A DNA stretch of 41,545 nucleotides, from the NCBI GenBank assembly GCA_964619725.1, contig CAZUFC010000072.1:1-41545 (forward strand). Reading direction: 5' to 3'. The DNA comes from an uncultured bacterium (GTDB taxonomy: Bacteria > CSSED10-310 > CAZUFC01). The notes under the pieces were generated by a model that did not search any database, was not told where the DNA came from, and saw only the letters and a program-made list of their open reading frames with translations. Of the stretch, positions 38,537 through 41,545 are shown in pieces. The translations under genes were made by a program, and so were the position numbers. Positions within the stretch are counted from its first letter, which is position 1. Each line of letters opens with the position of its first letter.

Positions 38537-41364
38537 GTTTCAAAAAACTGATCTTCCTCTTAGTTTTTCCGTCCGTATTGATGATGAATCTATTCTCGAT
38601 CTCCGGATTGAGCGCCAACGACAAATTTGAACCATTTCATGAAATTGCCCCCTATGATCAATTCGAAGGATTAAAGATTCAATATCTGAGAATCGAATCG
38701 GACGTTCCGGTCTCCAGAAACAAAATTCTGAAGGTCCTTTCAACCAAAAAAGGGGCCGTTTTTACAAAACAATCGGCCCGGGAAAGCCTTCAGAATTTGT
38801 ATCTCCTGGGAATGTTCGACGAAATTGTCCTGGACGTCGAACCTTTCGTCGACGGCATCATGGTTACATATCGCCTTAAAAAAAGAAAACTGATTCGTTC
38901 GGTAAAGTTCAGACAGAAAGATAACCGAATCAAACGATTATTCAATATAATCGATCCGCTGCCGGGCAGGGAGATGAAAAAAGCCGCCGCTCTTTACCCC
39001 ACAAGGGAACTCAATGAAGAACAAATTGATGAAGCGGTGAAATCTTTAGAGGAATTATGTAATCTACACGGCTATTACGATCCGGAGATAATTCCTGAAG
39101 TTATACTGAACGATGAAACCAGAGAGGCGACGGTTGTATTTAATATTCATTCAGGGCTGCCTTCTGAAGTAGGGAATATTGAATTCAAAGGCGATATACA
39201 TTTTTTGCCGGAACATTTAAAACGGGTGGTCCATACTAAAACCGGAAAGCCTTTCTCACTTGATAAAGTGACGAATGACCGCGAACGACTGATGGCTCTT
39301 TACCGTTTTTATTATTACCTGAATTGCGAAATTTCAAAACCGGAGTATTACCTGGACTCTGAAACGGATAAAATGAACGTGATATTTGAAATCGAGGCTG
39401 AACCTCCTTTCAAGATACGGATTACAGCGCCGAAGCATCTGTGGAATTGGGACTGGCTGTCTGCCGGTATAGACCCTTCTAAAGTTTATTCCATCCTCGG
39501 TTTTCCAGAAAACAGTCCTATCGCCGAGACGATGCTTACTGAAGCTGAAGTCCGGCTGAAAAATTTGTACCAGGAGAAAGGTTATCATTTCGCATCGGTA
39601 GAGAGGAAGGAAAAACAGCCGAGCTCCTTGCATCCCAGAATAATTGATTACAGGGTAAACGAAGGAGATAAAGCGTTCATACGGAACCTGGAAATAGCAG
39701 GTCATGACTCATTTGAAGAGGAGACGCTCAGAAAATCGATATTGACGAAGAAAGGAAGACCCTATGTTGAGAGCGTCTTTCAAAAAGATATGGAAGCTCT
39801 CAGGGCTTTTTACCTTGAACGGGGATACAGAAATGTGGAAATAGTCTCTCAGAATCCGGAATTCGTTCCCATAAGCAATACGCTTTACGTGGATTTGAAA
39901 ATTATGATTAACGAGGGGGAATCTCTTTATTTCGGCGGCATTGATTTTGATGGTATAAACGAGCTATCAGAGGAAAAAATCAAAAAATTGAACTTGATTC
40001 AGAATGGTGACCCTTTTTCCGTCGAAGCGATTGAAGAATCAACGGATGCCCTTCGTGAACTATATAAGGATCAAGGGTTCAAAGATGTCCGGGTAGAATG
40101 GGAAGCTTCGCTTCATGAGGATGAAGGGAAAAGAGCGGAAGTTACCATTAAAATTGAAGAAGGTCGCCGCTATACCTTCGGAGAAGTTGTGATTCAAGGC
40201 GATTTTTTAACCAAAAGAAAAGTTTTTGACAGACTTATCGAATTTGAAACCGGTGATGATTACGATTATCAGAAAATCCTGGACGCTCAAAGAAAAATTT
40301 CTCAAGTCAGGCTTTTCTCCTCTGTAAGATTAGAACCTTTCAACGATACGCGAATGTCCAGCAGCGAAACGCTGTTGCTGAGCGTTACAGAAAGAAGCGC
40401 TCTGTTTTTCGAATTGGGTTTCGGCTATAATACGGATGAAAAATTAAGACTTTTCGGTGAAATTGGGACCAACAACCTTGCGGGATACAATCGCAGTCTG
40501 AGAGGTTCATTTATTTTCAGCCGAAGAGAAACCAGGTATCAGGTATCTTTTCGCGAGCCATGGTTTTCCAATAATCCTATTCCATTCACTGCCAATTTGT
40601 TTCGCCATTACAAACATAAAGACGAGTACAGCTCGAAGCGCGACGGAGGAAATTTATCCTGGGAAAAAAAATTAAACTCGCATTGGAAAGCGTTGGTCGA
40701 ATACCGTCTGGAAAGTCAAAAATTATACAACGTAAAAGACCCCGACAGCATTCCCGAAGAGGACAGAGAAACCATAAGGATAGGAGCTGCAGGACCTTCT
40801 CTGATTTATGACAGCCGTGACGATCCCCGTGATCCTCACAGCGGTTGGCTCATCTCCAACAAATTGGAATGGGCTACGAAAAACGTGCTGGGGTCTGAAG
40901 TAAAATTTTTCAAAGCCGGCGGTCAGGCGACAAGCTTCATTCCCTTGAGGAAAAAAACATCTGCCGGCCTTTCTTTGAGATACGGAATAGGGAGCAATTT
41001 GCCCTTGCAGGAAAGTTTCTACGCAGGGGGAGCCAAAACGATAAGAGGTTTCAAATATGAATCCATCCATCCCCCTAAAGATGAAGAAGGGAACCTGGCG
41101 CCCGGGAATGCAATGCTGATAGGAAATTTAGAATTGCGCTTTCCCTTCCTGCTCGGTCTTGAAGGGGTCATTTTCATGGATTCTGGAAATGTCTGGGAAT
41201 CGATCGGGGATGTGAAACTCAGCGGCTGGCGGTTCGGGGCCGGAGGCGGCATTCGTTTCATGACTCCTTTCGGTCCGATAGGGCTGGATATTGGTTATAA
41301 CCTCGATCCAAAAAAAGACGAACCCCCGAACAGAACCTATTTTGTCATCGGGCATGCATTTTGA
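38533..41364 (+). CDS. Omp85 family outer membrane protein (BamA/TamA-like) with ~7 POTRA domains
   Basis: ATG 38533. Signal peptide. Repeated POTRA motifs (LY..xGY, I.EG). Barrel motifs NLAG, YDSRDD, FYAGGAKTIRGF, ELRFP, TPFGPIGLD. Terminal Phe. Confidence 0.92.
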   Translation: MSFKKLIFLLVFPSVLMMNLFSISGLSANDKFEPFHEIAPYDQFEGLKIQYLRIESDVPVSRNKILKVLSTKKGAVFTKQSARESLQNLYLLGMFDEIVLDVEPFVDGIMVTYRLKKRKLIRSVKFRQKDNRIKRLFNIIDPLPGREMKKAAALYPTRELNEEQIDEAVKSLEELCNLHGYYDPEIIPEVILNDETREATVVFNIHSGLPSEVGNIEFKGDIHFLPEHLKRVVHTKTGKPFSLDKVTNDRERLMALYRFYYYLNCEISKPEYYLDSETDKMNVIFEIEAEPPFKIRITAPKHLWNWDWLSAGIDPSKVYSILGFPENSPIAETMLTEAEVRLKNLYQEKGYHFASVERKEKQPSSLHPRIIDYRVNEGDKAFIRNLEIAGHDSFEEETLRKSILTKKGRPYVESVFQKDMEALRAFYLERGYRNVEIVSQNPEFVPISNTLYVDLKIMINEGESLYFGGIDFDGINELSEEKIKKLNLIQNGDPFSVEAIEESTDALRELYKDQGFKDVRVEWEASLHEDEGKRAEVTIKIEEGRRYTFGEVVIQGDFLTKRKVFDRLIEFETGDDYDYQKILDAQRKISQVRLFSSVRLEPFNDTRMSSSETLLLSVTERSALFFELGFGYNTDEKLRLFGEIGTNNLAGYNRSLRGSFIFSRRETRYQVSFREPWFSNNPIPFTANLFRHYKHKDEYSSKRDGGNLSWEKKLNSHWKALVEYRLESQKLYNVKDPDSIPEEDRETIRIGAAGPSLIYDSRDDPRDPHSGWLISNKLEWATKNVLGSEVKFFKAGGQATSFIPLRKKTSAGLSLRYGIGSNLPLQESFYAGGAKTIRGFKYESIHPPKDEEGNLAPGNAMLIGNLELRFPFLLGLEGVIFMDSGNVWESIGDVKLSGWRFGAGGGIRFMTPFGPIGLDIGYNLDPKKDEPPNRTYFVIGHAF

Positions 41365-41545
41365 TCTGCAACAGATCGGAAGAAGGAAAGATTGGACGGG
41401 CGGAATTTTGGATGGTTGAAACGGGCGATTGTTACAGCCCTGTGTCGCTGCTTGCAGCAGTTGAATAGTGACTGTCCGTAAACTCGATTGTCGATTCAAA
41501 ATTTAATGCTGGACAGTCACTGCGGTTTTTGATCCATAAACGAGC

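Noticed and set aside
41128-41499. Minus-strand ORF at the window end
   Set aside because: Mostly antisense to the Omp85 barrel, with no recognisable features.

Overview
Bacterial chromosomal window from a diderm organism (it encodes TamB and Omp85). The C-terminal domains on two secreted proteins resemble, from memory only, those of uncultured candidate-phylum genomes such as CSSED10-310. Positions 1-2070 are a non-coding repeat zone containing a 73-bp degenerate tandem repeat, a hexamer array, a decayed surface-protein gene tail and a ~448-bp tandem element bounded by inverted GTAG-type REP palindromes. Genes in order: a secreted gingipain-like C25 peptidase; a SpoIIE/PP2C phosphatase; a pair of DUF3857-transglutaminase genes (one with an intact Cys-His-Asp triad, one without); a strongly reduced dcw cluster (mraZ-rsmH-murD-murB-divergent ftsA-ftsZ) with a recognisable promoter and MraZ-type operator; a secreted beta-helix gene interrupted by one in-frame TGA followed by a SECIS-like hairpin (candidate novel selenoprotein, the top finding); a radical SAM enzyme; a large secreted Ig-repeat/GH-A-like protein; a GldA/F/G-DUF4340 ABC operon; a DUF4388-HEAT protein; a PfkB kinase; and a tamB plus 7-POTRA Omp85 pair. 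All assignments come from motifs read by eye. No database search was run.
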